A DNA stretch of 64,000 nt from Myxococcota bacterium (GTDB lineage: Bacteria > Myxococcota > UBA4151). The stretch spans positions 1-64,000 of the forward strand of contig JBDQPD010000001.1 in NCBI GenBank assembly GCA_040260805.1. Reading direction: 5' to 3'. The notes under the pieces are model-generated. The model saw only the letters and a list, made by a program, of their open reading frames with translations, searched no databases and had not been told where the DNA came from. The position numbers and the translations under genes were made by a program. Positions 35,113 to 44,433 of this stretch are shown in pieces (position 1 is the stretch's first letter; every line of letters begins with the position of its first letter).

Positions 35113-36696
35113 GTGTTCACTCCACTTCTTGTTCAGTTTAATCCCCTAGTGGGCGATCTTAAAGGCAACCGCAGGCGCCTTCAGGCGATGCTGCGCGAAG
35201 CAAAAGGCTATCCGCTCGCTATCGTACCCGAATTGGCTTTGACTGGCTATCCACCCCGAGACCTTCTCGAGGTAGATGGCTTTGTTGAGCGGTGCGTTCT
35301 TGAGTTGCGAGAGCTCGCTCAGGAACTGAGCGATTGCGGCCCTGTCATCATCGGAGCACCCGCCCCTGCAGAGCGCCCCCCTGGTGTGTTTAATGCAGCA
35401 TGGTTGCTCAGCTCGGGCGAGGCTAAGGTGGTCGCAACGAAACAGCTTTTGCCGGCCTATGATGTCTTTGACGAGCCTCGTCATTTTGTGGCTGGCGAGC
35501 CGATGCCTGTCCTTAATATTTTAGGCCTTCGTATCGGTGTGACCATCTGTGAAGATCTATGGCTGGGCGCTGAAGTCGGCGAACAGGGTCGGTATGGGGT
35601 ATCGCCCGCCGCTCAGCTTGCTGCGGATTGCGATTTGTTGATCAACTTGTCCGCTAGCCCCTATCGTCGGGGGCGTGCTTTGGAGCGCTTAGAGCAAGCT
35701 GCAGCTCTAGCTCGCCGATCAGGCTGCACGCTCGCTATGGTCAACGCCGTGGGTGGCAATGACGAGCTGATTTTTGATGGGCACAGTTTGGTCACCGATG
35801 GACACAATCACCTCGGTCTACCTGGCTTTTTAGAGTGCGCTAAGATCCCCGGTGCATGGTCGCTTAAAGACGACTTATTCGATCAGGATCGCCAGGCTTT
35901 GGTGATGGGATTACGTGATTACGTTCACAAGTGTGGGGCGGATCGTGTGGTTCTTGGGGTCAGCGGCGGTATTGACTCTGCCTTGGTTGCGGCTTTGGCT
36001 GTCGATGCGCTCGGCGCTGATGCGGTCTTAGGTCTAGCGATGCCGAGTCGGTTTAGTTCTAAGCGCAGCCTCGCTGACGCTCGCTCGCTCGCTGATCAAC
36101 TTGGAATCGAGTTGCGTGAGATCCACATTGAGACCGCACACCAGGAGCTGCGTCAGGTGCTGGGCGAGACCCTTGATGTCGCCGGCGTGACCGACGAGAA
36201 CATCCAGGCTCGCCTGCGCGGGATGATGGTCATGGCGACCTCAAACGCTGAAGGGCGATTTGCGCTTGCGACGGGCAATAAATCAGAATTAGCGGTCGGG
36301 TACTGCACGCTTTACGGCGATATGTGTGGCGCATTGGCGCCCATTGGCGATCTGTTTAAACGGGACGTCTTTGAGCTCTGTGACCGAGACGACAGGATCC
36401 CCAAGAGCATTGTCCAAGCGCCGCCCTCTGCCGAGCTTAGAGCGGATCAACGGGATGACGACAGTCTGCCTCCTTACGACCGCCTAGACCCTATTTTGGA
36501 AGCTCTATTGGTCGACAAACAGCACCCCTCGGCGATCATCGCTCGCGGGTTTGATCCTGACGAGGTGACCTTGGCGGTGGGTTTAGTGGACCGCAGTGAA
36601 TTTAAGAGGCGCCAAGCAGCGCCGGTTTTACGAGTCAGCAAGAAAGCGTTCGGCATGGGCCGAAGGCAGCCTCTGGCTTGGAAGCGAGGATATTGA
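35113..36696 (+). CDS. nadE: Glutamine-dependent NAD+ synthetase
   Basis: Nitrilase domain PELALTGYPP, K..LP.YDVFDE, ICEDLW. Synthetase domain SGGIDS, ENIQAR, TGNKSE, PSAEL. Confidence 0.96.
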   Translation: MFTPLLVQFNPLVGDLKGNRRRLQAMLREAKGYPLAIVPELALTGYPPRDLLEVDGFVERCVLELRELAQELSDCGPVIIGAPAPAERPPGVFNAAWLLSSGEAKVVATKQLLPAYDVFDEPRHFVAGEPMPVLNILGLRIGVTICEDLWLGAEVGEQGRYGVSPAAQLAADCDLLINLSASPYRRGRALERLEQAAALARRSGCTLAMVNAVGGNDELIFDGHSLVTDGHNHLGLPGFLECAKIPGAWSLKDDLFDQDRQALVMGLRDYVHKCGADRVVLGVSGGIDSALVAALAVDALGADAVLGLAMPSRFSSKRSLADARSLADQLGIELREIHIETAHQELRQVLGETLDVAGVTDENIQARLRGMMVMATSNAEGRFALATGNKSELAVGYCTLYGDMCGALAPIGDLFKRDVFELCDRDDRIPKSIVQAPPSAELRADQRDDDSLPPYDRLDPILEALLVDKQHPSAIIARGFDPDEVTLAVGLVDRSEFKRRQAAPVLRVSKKAFGMGRRQPLAWKRGY

Positions 36697-37265
36697 TGAG
36701 TAAGAAACGCGTCGTGACCTTGAGTAAGTTGTACACCCGAAGCGGTGATGACGGTTTGACAGGACTCGTTGGCGGCAGGCGCTGCTCCAAGGATGATCTT
36801 CGGGTGATCAGTTATGGTGAAGTGGATGAACTCAACGCCTGCATGGGGCTCTGTGCTCAGCAAGCCCCCGGTGACTTGAGGGGTCTCATTGAGGTCGTTC
36901 AACAGCGCTTGTTTGACCTGGGCGCCCACCTCGCTGATGGCCGGCCTGAGCCTCAATTGGCTATTGATCAAGCGGACATTGACCAGCTCGAGGCTTGGGT
37001 TGATTCGGCGCTTGAGGGGCTGCCGGACCTCACCAGCTTCGTCTTGCCTGGCGGTGGAGAGTTGAGCGCTCGAATGCATCTCGCCCGAACGGTTTGTCGC
37101 CGAGCCGAGCGCGCGGTCATCACCTCCCAAACGGTCGCTGAACGCTCGCCCTTGGCTTTGATCTATCTGAACCGGCTCAGTGACCTCCTTTTTGCTTGGA
37201 GTCGCCTCGCCGCTCATCAAGAGGGTCACGCCGAGCTCCTTTGGGTTCCCAAACAAAAGGATTAA
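36696..37265 (+). CDS. PduO-type cob(I)alamin adenosyltransferase
   Basis: LYTRSGDDG.T, YGEVDELNA, FVLPGG, H.ARTVCRRAER, YLNRLSDLLF. TGATG coupling to nadE. Confidence 0.93.
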   Translation: MSKKRVVTLSKLYTRSGDDGLTGLVGGRRCSKDDLRVISYGEVDELNACMGLCAQQAPGDLRGLIEVVQQRLFDLGAHLADGRPEPQLAIDQADIDQLEAWVDSALEGLPDLTSFVLPGGGELSARMHLARTVCRRAERAVITSQTVAERSPLALIYLNRLSDLLFAWSRLAAHQEGHAELLWVPKQKD

Positions 37266-37366
37266 CCACGTCGTCAAGAAAGCGTGCGTTGGCCGCTCCG
37301 CCGTCCATCCGATAGTCTTCCTTATGATTTCGGTGCATATCGCCGCTGCTATTGGAGACTGATTCG

Positions 37367-38269
37367 ATGAATACCAGCCGCATTTTTGCGCTCTGCACCC
37401 TTATGTTGGTCAACGCCTGTGGTGGCCCCCCGTCGCCGACCGGCGAAAGTTGCAATGTGGATTCGGACTGCCCGGAAGCATCGGTGTGTTTCCAGGGGTT
37501 GTGCCGAGGCTCTGGCGGCGGAAACAATGGCACCGCTGACGCGGGCGTGGTCGCTCAGGATTCGGGTTCGACGGCTCAAGACTCGGGTGCTGTGACGCCA
37601 GCTGACGCGGGCAATGTCACCCCAGCAGATACTGGTGTTGTCGCTCGTCCGGACGCAGGCGGCGACGAATGCGCCAACGCCGATTGTCCCTGTGAAGACG
37701 AGAGCGATTGCCCGTACACCCATTACTGCAACCGCCGCGACGGTCAGTGCTCACCTTTGCCTGAGGGCACCTGCCGCGACGACCGCAGCTGCGTCGGCAA
37801 CTGCAACATCCCCGAAGGTCGCACGGTCGGTCGCTGCGTTGATTGTCAGGTCGATGCAGACTGCGCAGCCCAGGCGCCGCGCACTCGCTGCCTGAACAAC
37901 ACCTGCCGTCTTCCTGAAGGGCAATGTGAAAACAATGCCGACTGCGCCAATGGCGAAAATTGTGTTGATGGATCCTGCCAAGGTGGCGGCAACGGTGGGG
38001 GTGGTTGTCAGGATGACTCTGATTGCCTCGCTGGCGAGAGTTGCTTAGCTGGTCAGTGCTTTTCTCCGGGCGGCGGCTTGCCGGGCGGTTGCGCGGAGCA
38101 CGCGGACTGCGGCGCTGATGAGCAGTGCCTAGCGAACACCTGCCTGAGTAAGTGCAACGTGGGCAATCTCGGCTTACTGTGCTCGCTCCCTCCTCCAGGG
38201 GACGCCCTGTGCATCTGCCAGATCGCTGGCGGTCTGAGTTGCAATCAGACCACGGGTTACTGCGAGTAA
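37367..38269 (+). CDS. Cys-rich repeat lipoprotein (CxxDxDC units, DAG/DSG linker)
   Basis: Start moved to ATG 37367. Lipobox VNAC and seven CxxD/NxDC-type units. Confidence 0.82.
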   Translation: MNTSRIFALCTLMLVNACGGPPSPTGESCNVDSDCPEASVCFQGLCRGSGGGNNGTADAGVVAQDSGSTAQDSGAVTPADAGNVTPADTGVVARPDAGGDECANADCPCEDESDCPYTHYCNRRDGQCSPLPEGTCRDDRSCVGNCNIPEGRTVGRCVDCQVDADCAAQAPRTRCLNNTCRLPEGQCENNADCANGENCVDGSCQGGGNGGGGCQDDSDCLAGESCLAGQCFSPGGGLPGGCAEHADCGADEQCLANTCLSKCNVGNLGLLCSLPPPGDALCICQIAGGLSCNQTTGYCE

Positions 38270-38270
38270 G

Positions 38271-38630
38271 CTAAGGCATCGCCAAGGTCACACAAAAGCC
38301 TTGAGCCTGCCGCAGCAGGCGCAACGGTAGCCGCGCTCGTGAGGTTTCGATCTCGAGATCGACAAAGTCCGGCGCGGACTCAACGACGGTCATCCGATCG
38401 ATGCCCCCGTAGCGCCCAGCGAGCCTTTTGAGAAACACCTTAGGGGCTTCTCCAGAGCTATGCAGCCCGAGACTTGATAAGCGCTCCTGTGCGTCGGCGC
38501 AGAGCTGCTCATAGGCTTGATCAGCGCGCCCTTCGGCGAGATCTCGAAGCCAGTTAGCGGCAAAGGTCTCGGGGTCGGGCTTGCTCGAGCACCCTAGAGT
38601 CAAGACAAGACTGACCCATAGGATACGCAT
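38271..38630 (-). CDS. Small lipoprotein of unknown function
   Basis: Start moved to ATG 38630 (TGATG coupling to the MMPL gene). Lipobox TLGC. Confidence 0.7.
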   Translation of the reverse strand: MRILWVSLVLTLGCSSKPDPETFAANWLRDLAEGRADQAYEQLCADAQERLSSLGLHSSGEAPKVFLKRLAGRYGGIDRMTVVESAPDFVDLEIETSRARLPLRLLRQAQGFCVTLAMP

Positions 38631-41125
38631 CAGGACGCTTTTCGTTGCCGCCACCGCTCACTGACGGCGAGGATAGCGGGGAGTGTTAGCAGATCCGCAA
38701 GCAGCGCGAGGCTAATACAGATGGCCGATAGATTACCAAAGTCTCGCAGACCATTGAACTCGCTCGGGATGAGCATCGAGAACCCCATCACCAACATCAT
38801 CGTCGTAAAGACGACGGGTCGTCCGGCGTGCAGGATCGTGGCGTTCAGGCTCTGATCAAAATCCTGCGTTTTCTGCTCTTGGCGAAATCGCACTAAGAAG
38901 TGGATCGTGTCATCCACCACCACGCCCATGCACATGGCAAAGATAATCACCGTCGAGATACGCAGACTCAGCCCTGTAATGCTCATGATCCCCATGGTCA
39001 GGACCAAGGGCAGTAGGTTCGGCATCATCGCGAGCACGCCCTGCCGCACTGATCGAAGGACAATCACGAACATAACTCCAATGAGCGCAAAGGCGAGCAA
39101 CAAGCTGGTCATCATGTCAACGACGACGGCTTCTACGGCTCGATTAGCTAGTTTACTGCCTCCGGTTAGGGTCCCATTGACCGCGCCAGGCCAGGCGCTG
39201 AGTTCTTCTTCTATCCATTTAATATCATGCGAAAAAAGTGAGGACCCCGAGTCTTTCTTGAGCGCCCCAATACGAACCGCCACGACCCGATCAGCCGACA
39301 ACTTTGCAGCCGTCTTGAGCTCGACCGGCGACTCGTTCACCTCATCGTCTTCGATGATCATTTCGTCATCATCGCCGCCCAACGCATCCTCCAAGACCGA
39401 CACCTGATCGGCTTGTGGATCATCAAGATAAGGCCGAGTCATCAGATCATCATCGAGCACCATCAGCGCCAGGAGGGCTTCGATCTGATCCTGGCGCTTG
39501 GGCAGCGCTTTTCGGTCGCCAGCTTGGTTTGAGTCCCACAGGCCGTGAAGACTCCCTATGAGATCAGCGAGGCTTAGACTCTTGATTCCCGCTGGGCTCT
39601 TATCCAGGCGCTCCTGGAGCGCCGCCATGCGCGCAAGGTTCGCCGGACTGATCAATTCGTTGCGGGGTCCTTCGAGGACGATATCAAAAGGCATAGCGCC
39701 CATGAAATCTCGCTCTAGATTAGTCAGAGCTTGCTGCGCAGGGTGATCCTCTTGGATCTCTTCAAGCGCTCTCGAGAAGGGCGTGATCTGACTTGAGAAC
39801 GCAACCCCTGCGATAAAGAGCACCGCCGAAACCACAGTGATGGCTCCAGGTCGAGCCCGCACGAACCGACTGACCGCAGGAAGCACGACCCGATTAAGCC
39901 AGCGGTCTTCGTTGCTTTGACGGTTTCCGGGTTTCGGGGGAGCGATCAACAACAGCGCAGGCACTACGCTGAGGGTGAAAAACCAGGCCAGCGCAATGCC
40001 GCAGGCAGCCGCAAGCCCATAGGCACGGACGAGTTCGACACGCGCCACACCGAGCGAGGCAAAGCCGATCACCGTAGTCGCGGTCGTTAGGGAGATGGCG
40101 GGAAGCATAGCTCGCCAGCCCTCAAGCAGCGCCTGATAGGGGGGCTGATTTTGGTCTAGACCCTCTTCCACGCGCGTCACCAAGTGTATCGCATCACCAA
40201 TCCCAATCACCAAGATCACGGTGACCGTTGAGAAGTTGATGATGTTGATGGCGCCGCCCGTAAGCTTCATCAGACCGAGCCACCAAATGCTGGCGAGCGC
40301 GACGCTCAAAAACGGCAGCAAGGCGTAGCGAAGCCGCCGAAACGCTAGCCATAAAAACACCACCATGCCGATGCCGACTAAAGGCTGTCGTCCGACGAGC
40401 TCAGCGCGCATCGTTCGGATGATATCGTTTTGAATGTAGGGGATCCCGGTCGTTTGAACCGAAACCTTTGGGTAATCCTTTTGCCAGCCACGCAGCAAGG
40501 TCCGGAGCTTTTCGAGGTAGCGCATACGCACCGCGTCGCTCCGAAGGTCGCAATGCACCCTTGCCATCACGAGGGTTGAGCGCCCGTTGTCGCTGATTAA
40601 TCGCCCCTTGAGCAGAGGGTGTCCCATCAGCTCTTTTTCAGTTCGCTCGGCGGATCCAAACCCTGTATCTTCATAGAGCGGTTCGATCTGGACCGTCTCG
40701 TTACGTCGCCGAAAAACGCTGGCGTTGCTCAGGCTTTGGATGCGGTCGAACGCGCCGCCATCGTTGTTCCCAGGGTTGCTGCACCCTTCGAGACGGCGCA
40801 GGGGTTCATCGTCGGCATCGAAGGCTAGTTTTTCGATGCGCTGATGCAGGTTGCGTAAAGCCTCGAGGGTTTCGGGCTCAAACCAAGTATCTTGGGTCAA
40901 TGAGAGCAAGACGATGGCGTCGCTGTCGTCTTCGGAAAAGCGCTCTTTGACTCGCTCTAAAATCTCTTGGTCTTTACCATCTTGAACGAAGAGTTTGTTG
41001 ACCGTGAAATCAAAGGGGACACTGATCGCAGCAGGCACGAAGACCAAAGCCGTGAGCAGCACCACAGCGCACAAGACACCCCAGGCGAGCAGCAAGGCTT
41101 TGCGAGGCGTTTGAGGCGGGGGCAT
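38630..41125 (-). CDS. MMPL/RND-family transporter
   Basis: Duplicated 1+5 TM layout, GIGDAIH and GVVVDDTIHF motifs, T.TTVIGF.SL. Confidence 0.9.
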   Translation of the reverse strand: MPPPQTPRKALLLAWGVLCAVVLLTALVFVPAAISVPFDFTVNKLFVQDGKDQEILERVKERFSEDDSDAIVLLSLTQDTWFEPETLEALRNLHQRIEKLAFDADDEPLRRLEGCSNPGNNDGGAFDRIQSLSNASVFRRRNETVQIEPLYEDTGFGSAERTEKELMGHPLLKGRLISDNGRSTLVMARVHCDLRSDAVRMRYLEKLRTLLRGWQKDYPKVSVQTTGIPYIQNDIIRTMRAELVGRQPLVGIGMVVFLWLAFRRLRYALLPFLSVALASIWWLGLMKLTGGAINIINFSTVTVILVIGIGDAIHLVTRVEEGLDQNQPPYQALLEGWRAMLPAISLTTATTVIGFASLGVARVELVRAYGLAAACGIALAWFFTLSVVPALLLIAPPKPGNRQSNEDRWLNRVVLPAVSRFVRARPGAITVVSAVLFIAGVAFSSQITPFSRALEEIQEDHPAQQALTNLERDFMGAMPFDIVLEGPRNELISPANLARMAALQERLDKSPAGIKSLSLADLIGSLHGLWDSNQAGDRKALPKRQDQIEALLALMVLDDDLMTRPYLDDPQADQVSVLEDALGGDDDEMIIEDDEVNESPVELKTAAKLSADRVVAVRIGALKKDSGSSLFSHDIKWIEEELSAWPGAVNGTLTGGSKLANRAVEAVVVDMMTSLLLAFALIGVMFVIVLRSVRQGVLAMMPNLLPLVLTMGIMSITGLSLRISTVIIFAMCMGVVVDDTIHFLVRFRQEQKTQDFDQSLNATILHAGRPVVFTTMMLVMGFSMLIPSEFNGLRDFGNLSAICISLALLADLLTLPAILAVSERWRQRKAS

Positions 41126-41134
41126 GACCGAAGA

Positions 41135-42946
41135 TCAGCGCTCGATGATCTTGAATTCAACGCGACGGTTTTTAGCACGAGCAGCCTTAGTTCTGGCTTT
41201 CTCTATCGGCCGTATTTCACCAAAGCCGATGGCATCGAGAGCATCAGCAGAGACGCCTTTGCTCACCAAATAGTCTCGCACCGCATCCGCACGCTTTTGA
41301 GATAAGCGCATGTTCGAGCTCGCCGCACCGACGTCATCGGTATGTCCCTCAACGAGCACCTTGCCGATCTTGTTCGTCACGATCGCATCAGCGACTTGAT
41401 CAAGCATCTCAAAGCTCGCTTTGAGCACCTTGGACCGACCGGTTCTAAAGCGAACCTTTTGGCTGATTTCGATCCGCTCTTTGGTCACCTTGATCAGCGT
41501 GTACTTCTTATCAGGGCAGCCATCCTCATCGGTGACACCGTTGATGGTTTCGGGCTGCATCGGGCAACGATCATCGGCGTCTTTGATACCGTCTTTGTCG
41601 TTGTCGTAGTCCGGGCACCCGTCTTCATCTTCGAACTGGTCGCGGTCTTCTTTGTCGTTCGGGCATTTATCGACCTCGTCTTGGAAGCCGTCTTGATCGT
41701 TATCAAGGTCCGGACAGCCGTCTAAGTCTTCAAAGCCGTCGCGGTCTTCGGCGACCGTCGGACATTTATCCGTGGTGTCCGGGACACCGTCGGCGTCGTT
41801 GTCGCGGTCTGGGCAGCCATCTTCGTCTTTGAACCCGTCTTTGTCTTCAGGGTCTGTCGGGCAGCGATCGTCGCGATCTAAGATTCCGTCGTTATCCGAG
41901 TCGGCGTCTTCTTCTTCTGGGCAACCATCGTTGTCTTGATAGCCGTCGAAGTCTTCAGGTTTGTTCGGACATTTGTCTTCGTCGTCTAAGAAGCCATCGC
42001 CGTCTTTGTCAGGCGGTGGGCAGCCTTTGTGCTTCCGCAAGCCTGGGATCTCTGGGCAGGCATCTTCGACGTCAAGAACGCCATCGTTATCCGAATCTTT
42101 TTTCGGGATGATGACTTTCTTGGGTGTTTTGGGTTTTGGCGCACAGGGGCGTGACTCTTCACGGGTGCGGACCGCTAATGTGCCGGCCTTTTGAGCCGAC
42201 TTTTTAGCTTCGAACCAAAGCCCTAGCTTGATGGAGACCCGAGCAAACTCGGCATGAGCTTCGGCTTCCGCCAGTGACTTGGGTGCGCAACGGATTGCTC
42301 CGCTTCCACGCGCTTGCTCTAGAATCTCTTCGTACGCTTTAATCTGCGCTAGCAGTCGAGCCGTACCACCACCACCGGTAGACTCGGTGGTTGCGATGAG
42401 TCGGTTGGCGCGACGATCTTCGACCTCTTTGCACAAGATCGGCCGGTCCCAGTAGGTGCTGCTCTGGGCTAAACCAGCCAGCTTACGAAGTTCTGTTCCC
42501 ACCGCCTGCAGGCGGTCGCCGGATGTTGAGACGGCATCTCGGGCAAGATTGACTCGTGCGATTTTAGCGCCTGATAAAGCCGACTTCTGACTCGCTTGTT
42601 CGAGATCTCCCGACACCGTTTTGAGCGTACTTTGCATGGCCTTAACGCCACCCATACCCTCATTGAGCTTTTGCAGGCCACCGCGCAAACCAGGGGGGAG
42701 CTCGTCGAGCTTTGATTCATCGATTTTGAATCGCTTCTCATCGACTTTGATGATGCCCCTAAGTGCGCTGGCTTGATCGGCTAGATCGTGGAGCGCACAG
42801 GTCGCCTCTTCCATATCCTCAAGCGGCTTGAGCGCCTTGAAAGCCTTGGCATACGGCTCGTCGATGGACGGGTCGCCGACCGAGCGATAGGGAGAAACAG
42901 TTGAGCAACCTGCGAGGGTAAGCAGGCAAAGCGAAAGCCTTACCAT
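41135..42946 (-). CDS. Lipoprotein with helical N-region, DUF4398-like domain, thrombospondin type-3 repeats and OmpA peptidoglycan-binding domain
   Basis: Lipobox LAGC, CAPKSLAEAEAHAEFA, DxDxDG..D..D.CP repeats, VEGHTD...N.RLSQKRA.AV...NRRVEF. Confidence 0.9.
   Translation of the reverse strand: MVRLSLCLLTLAGCSTVSPYRSVGDPSIDEPYAKAFKALKPLEDMEEATCALHDLADQASALRGIIKVDEKRFKIDESKLDELPPGLRGGLQKLNEGMGGVKAMQSTLKTVSGDLEQASQKSALSGAKIARVNLARDAVSTSGDRLQAVGTELRKLAGLAQSSTYWDRPILCKEVEDRRANRLIATTESTGGGGTARLLAQIKAYEEILEQARGSGAIRCAPKSLAEAEAHAEFARVSIKLGLWFEAKKSAQKAGTLAVRTREESRPCAPKPKTPKKVIIPKKDSDNDGVLDVEDACPEIPGLRKHKGCPPPDKDGDGFLDDEDKCPNKPEDFDGYQDNDGCPEEEDADSDNDGILDRDDRCPTDPEDKDGFKDEDGCPDRDNDADGVPDTTDKCPTVAEDRDGFEDLDGCPDLDNDQDGFQDEVDKCPNDKEDRDQFEDEDGCPDYDNDKDGIKDADDRCPMQPETINGVTDEDGCPDKKYTLIKVTKERIEISQKVRFRTGRSKVLKASFEMLDQVADAIVTNKIGKVLVEGHTDDVGAASSNMRLSQKRADAVRDYLVSKGVSADALDAIGFGEIRPIEKARTKAARAKNRRVEFKIIER
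41510..42097 (-). repeat. TSP3-type Ca-binding repeats (about 33-aa period)
   Basis: Five DxDxDG..D..D.CP...ED.DGF.D.DGCP-type units plus one shorter unit in the translation. Confidence 0.85.
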
Positions 42947-43266
42947 TCGTATTTTCCTTTACGCTTTTTCTGCGTTGCAGGTCGGCTGTGCATCCGGCGA
43001 CGGGTGATATCCAACGCCTTGCTCGCTCGGATCAGCGCCAGCCCAGCGAACTCGCTTGCGAACTGGTACTCACTGTGACCGTCATATTCTCGAGCCTTTT
43101 TAAGAAACAACTCAGCGCTCGAATACCAATAGGGAGCGAAGCGCTGGGCGTTGAGCAGCCTAGCTTCTTCAAGCGCGGCATCCGCTGCCACGATATTGCT
43201 GGTGGCGATCACGGGTCCACATGCCGACAGTGAACACAACAAAGCAATAACGAGCGCTCGACGCAT
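42940..43266 (-). CDS. DUF4398-like small lipoprotein
   Basis: Lipobox LSAC, A.AALEEAR...A.RFAPY.Y.SAE.FL.KARE. Coupled to the OmpA gene. Confidence 0.78.
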   Translation of the reverse strand: MRRALVIALLCSLSACGPVIATSNIVAADAALEEARLLNAQRFAPYWYSSAELFLKKAREYDGHSEYQFASEFAGLALIRASKALDITRRRMHSRPATQKKRKGKYEW

Positions 43267-43290
43267 AGCTTCCCCTTATTGGGCTTCCCT

Positions 43291-44433
43291 TTAGGGGCTT
43301 TCCACGGGGGTGAGCAAGCCTTCAGAAATGATTCCTAAATAAGCATCATGCAGAACGACCCGCCAGGGCTCCCCATCAAAGTTGATCGTTGGAACGCCCC
43401 AGCTGTCCGCGTAGTCTGGCGGACGACCGGCGCTGGCTCGAGCGAATGTGCCTAGTGGGTATCCTTGATCCTGGGCATTAAGAATATACACGCTGGTCTG
43501 GGGTAAGGCGTCAGCGCCTTCGCCTAAGCGCAGGGGATCAAAGACCAGCACATGCCGAGCCGGTGTCGCTCGAACGTTCTCGATGACCGCAACGGTTCCA
43601 TTGAGAATGTACGATCCAGCAAAGCGCTGATCCATCTCGGCGCGCCACACCACACAGCGCTCGCAGTCACCGCAGCTGGTGGTCGAGCGACCCCGAAAGC
43701 ACACCATCCGCTCGCCGTCGCGGCCGCAGCGTGTTTCGCCGGTTCCGCACTGATCTAAACCGCTTGAGCACGGACCGCCGGGAGAGCAGAACCGACCAGA
43801 AAACGGATTGTTCTCATCTTGCATGCAGACGGCTCGACAGAACCCGCCAGGAGTGCAGGTGTGTCCTTCGCTGCAGTCTCCATCATTCGCACAAGGTTGA
43901 TTAGGATTAACACAATCCGAATCATCTAGGCATTGCTTCGCGTTCGCAGTGATCCGTGAGGCGCACCCTCCGCAGACGTTGCGAGGGTTGTCATCGGGGC
44001 AGATCGTTGCGGTCGCATCAGCGTTACAAATGACCGTCCCGCAACCGTGAGCCCCACAGGTTTCGCCGGGCTGGCCAGCGCTGTCATCAAGCTCTTCGCA
44101 GCCTCCACAGATGTTCGCTTCATCAAAGAAACACTCGAGCGTCCCCTCGGTGGAGCACAGATATTGACCGCAGCCGGTCTGGCCGCAGGTGTCTCCGTAG
44201 GCGCAGCCCTCTTCGGGGCAGTCAGGACCGAAAATAACGGTGTTGCGATCACAGGGAGGCTCGACCGGTCCAGTGTCCGGCGCGGGGCCAGTGTCGATGA
44301 CGCCGGCTTCAGGCTCGCCCGCATCAACAGCAGCGTCCGGTTGGCCGACATCAACGATCACGCCCGCATCTGGAGCTGGGGGTTCTGGGATGCAGGCGCT
44401 TGCGAGCGCCAGGATGCATACTAATCGATTCAA
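43291..44433 (-). CDS. Cys-rich lipoprotein with possible C-terminal DM13-like domain
   Basis: Lipobox ASAC, PDAG/DTG linker, repeated G.TCG..GCG...C / N.CGGC units, Cys-free beta-rich C-terminus. Confidence 0.75.
   Translation of the reverse strand: MNRLVCILALASACIPEPPAPDAGVIVDVGQPDAAVDAGEPEAGVIDTGPAPDTGPVEPPCDRNTVIFGPDCPEEGCAYGDTCGQTGCGQYLCSTEGTLECFFDEANICGGCEELDDSAGQPGETCGAHGCGTVICNADATATICPDDNPRNVCGGCASRITANAKQCLDDSDCVNPNQPCANDGDCSEGHTCTPGGFCRAVCMQDENNPFSGRFCSPGGPCSSGLDQCGTGETRCGRDGERMVCFRGRSTTSCGDCERCVVWRAEMDQRFAGSYILNGTVAVIENVRATPARHVLVFDPLRLGEGADALPQTSVYILNAQDQGYPLGTFARASAGRPPDYADSWGVPTINFDGEPWRVVLHDAYLGIISEGLLTPVESP

Noticed and set aside
36474..37277. 267-aa antisense ORF over nadE and the adenosyltransferase
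   Set aside because: It almost entirely overlaps two well-supported genes on the other strand and has no recognisable domain.
41510..42097. CRISPR-like or mobile DNA repeat
   Set aside because: The repeats are degenerate at synonymous positions and in frame, so they are protein TSP3 repeats with no spacers or cas genes.
41135..44433. TraA/TraB outer-membrane-exchange pair (Cys-rich protein upstream of TSP3-OmpA)
   Set aside because: The OmpA protein has a lipobox and helical/DUF4398-like N-terminus rather than a beta-barrel. The Cys-rich protein lacks a MYXO-CTERM tail, and a DUF4398 gene intervenes.
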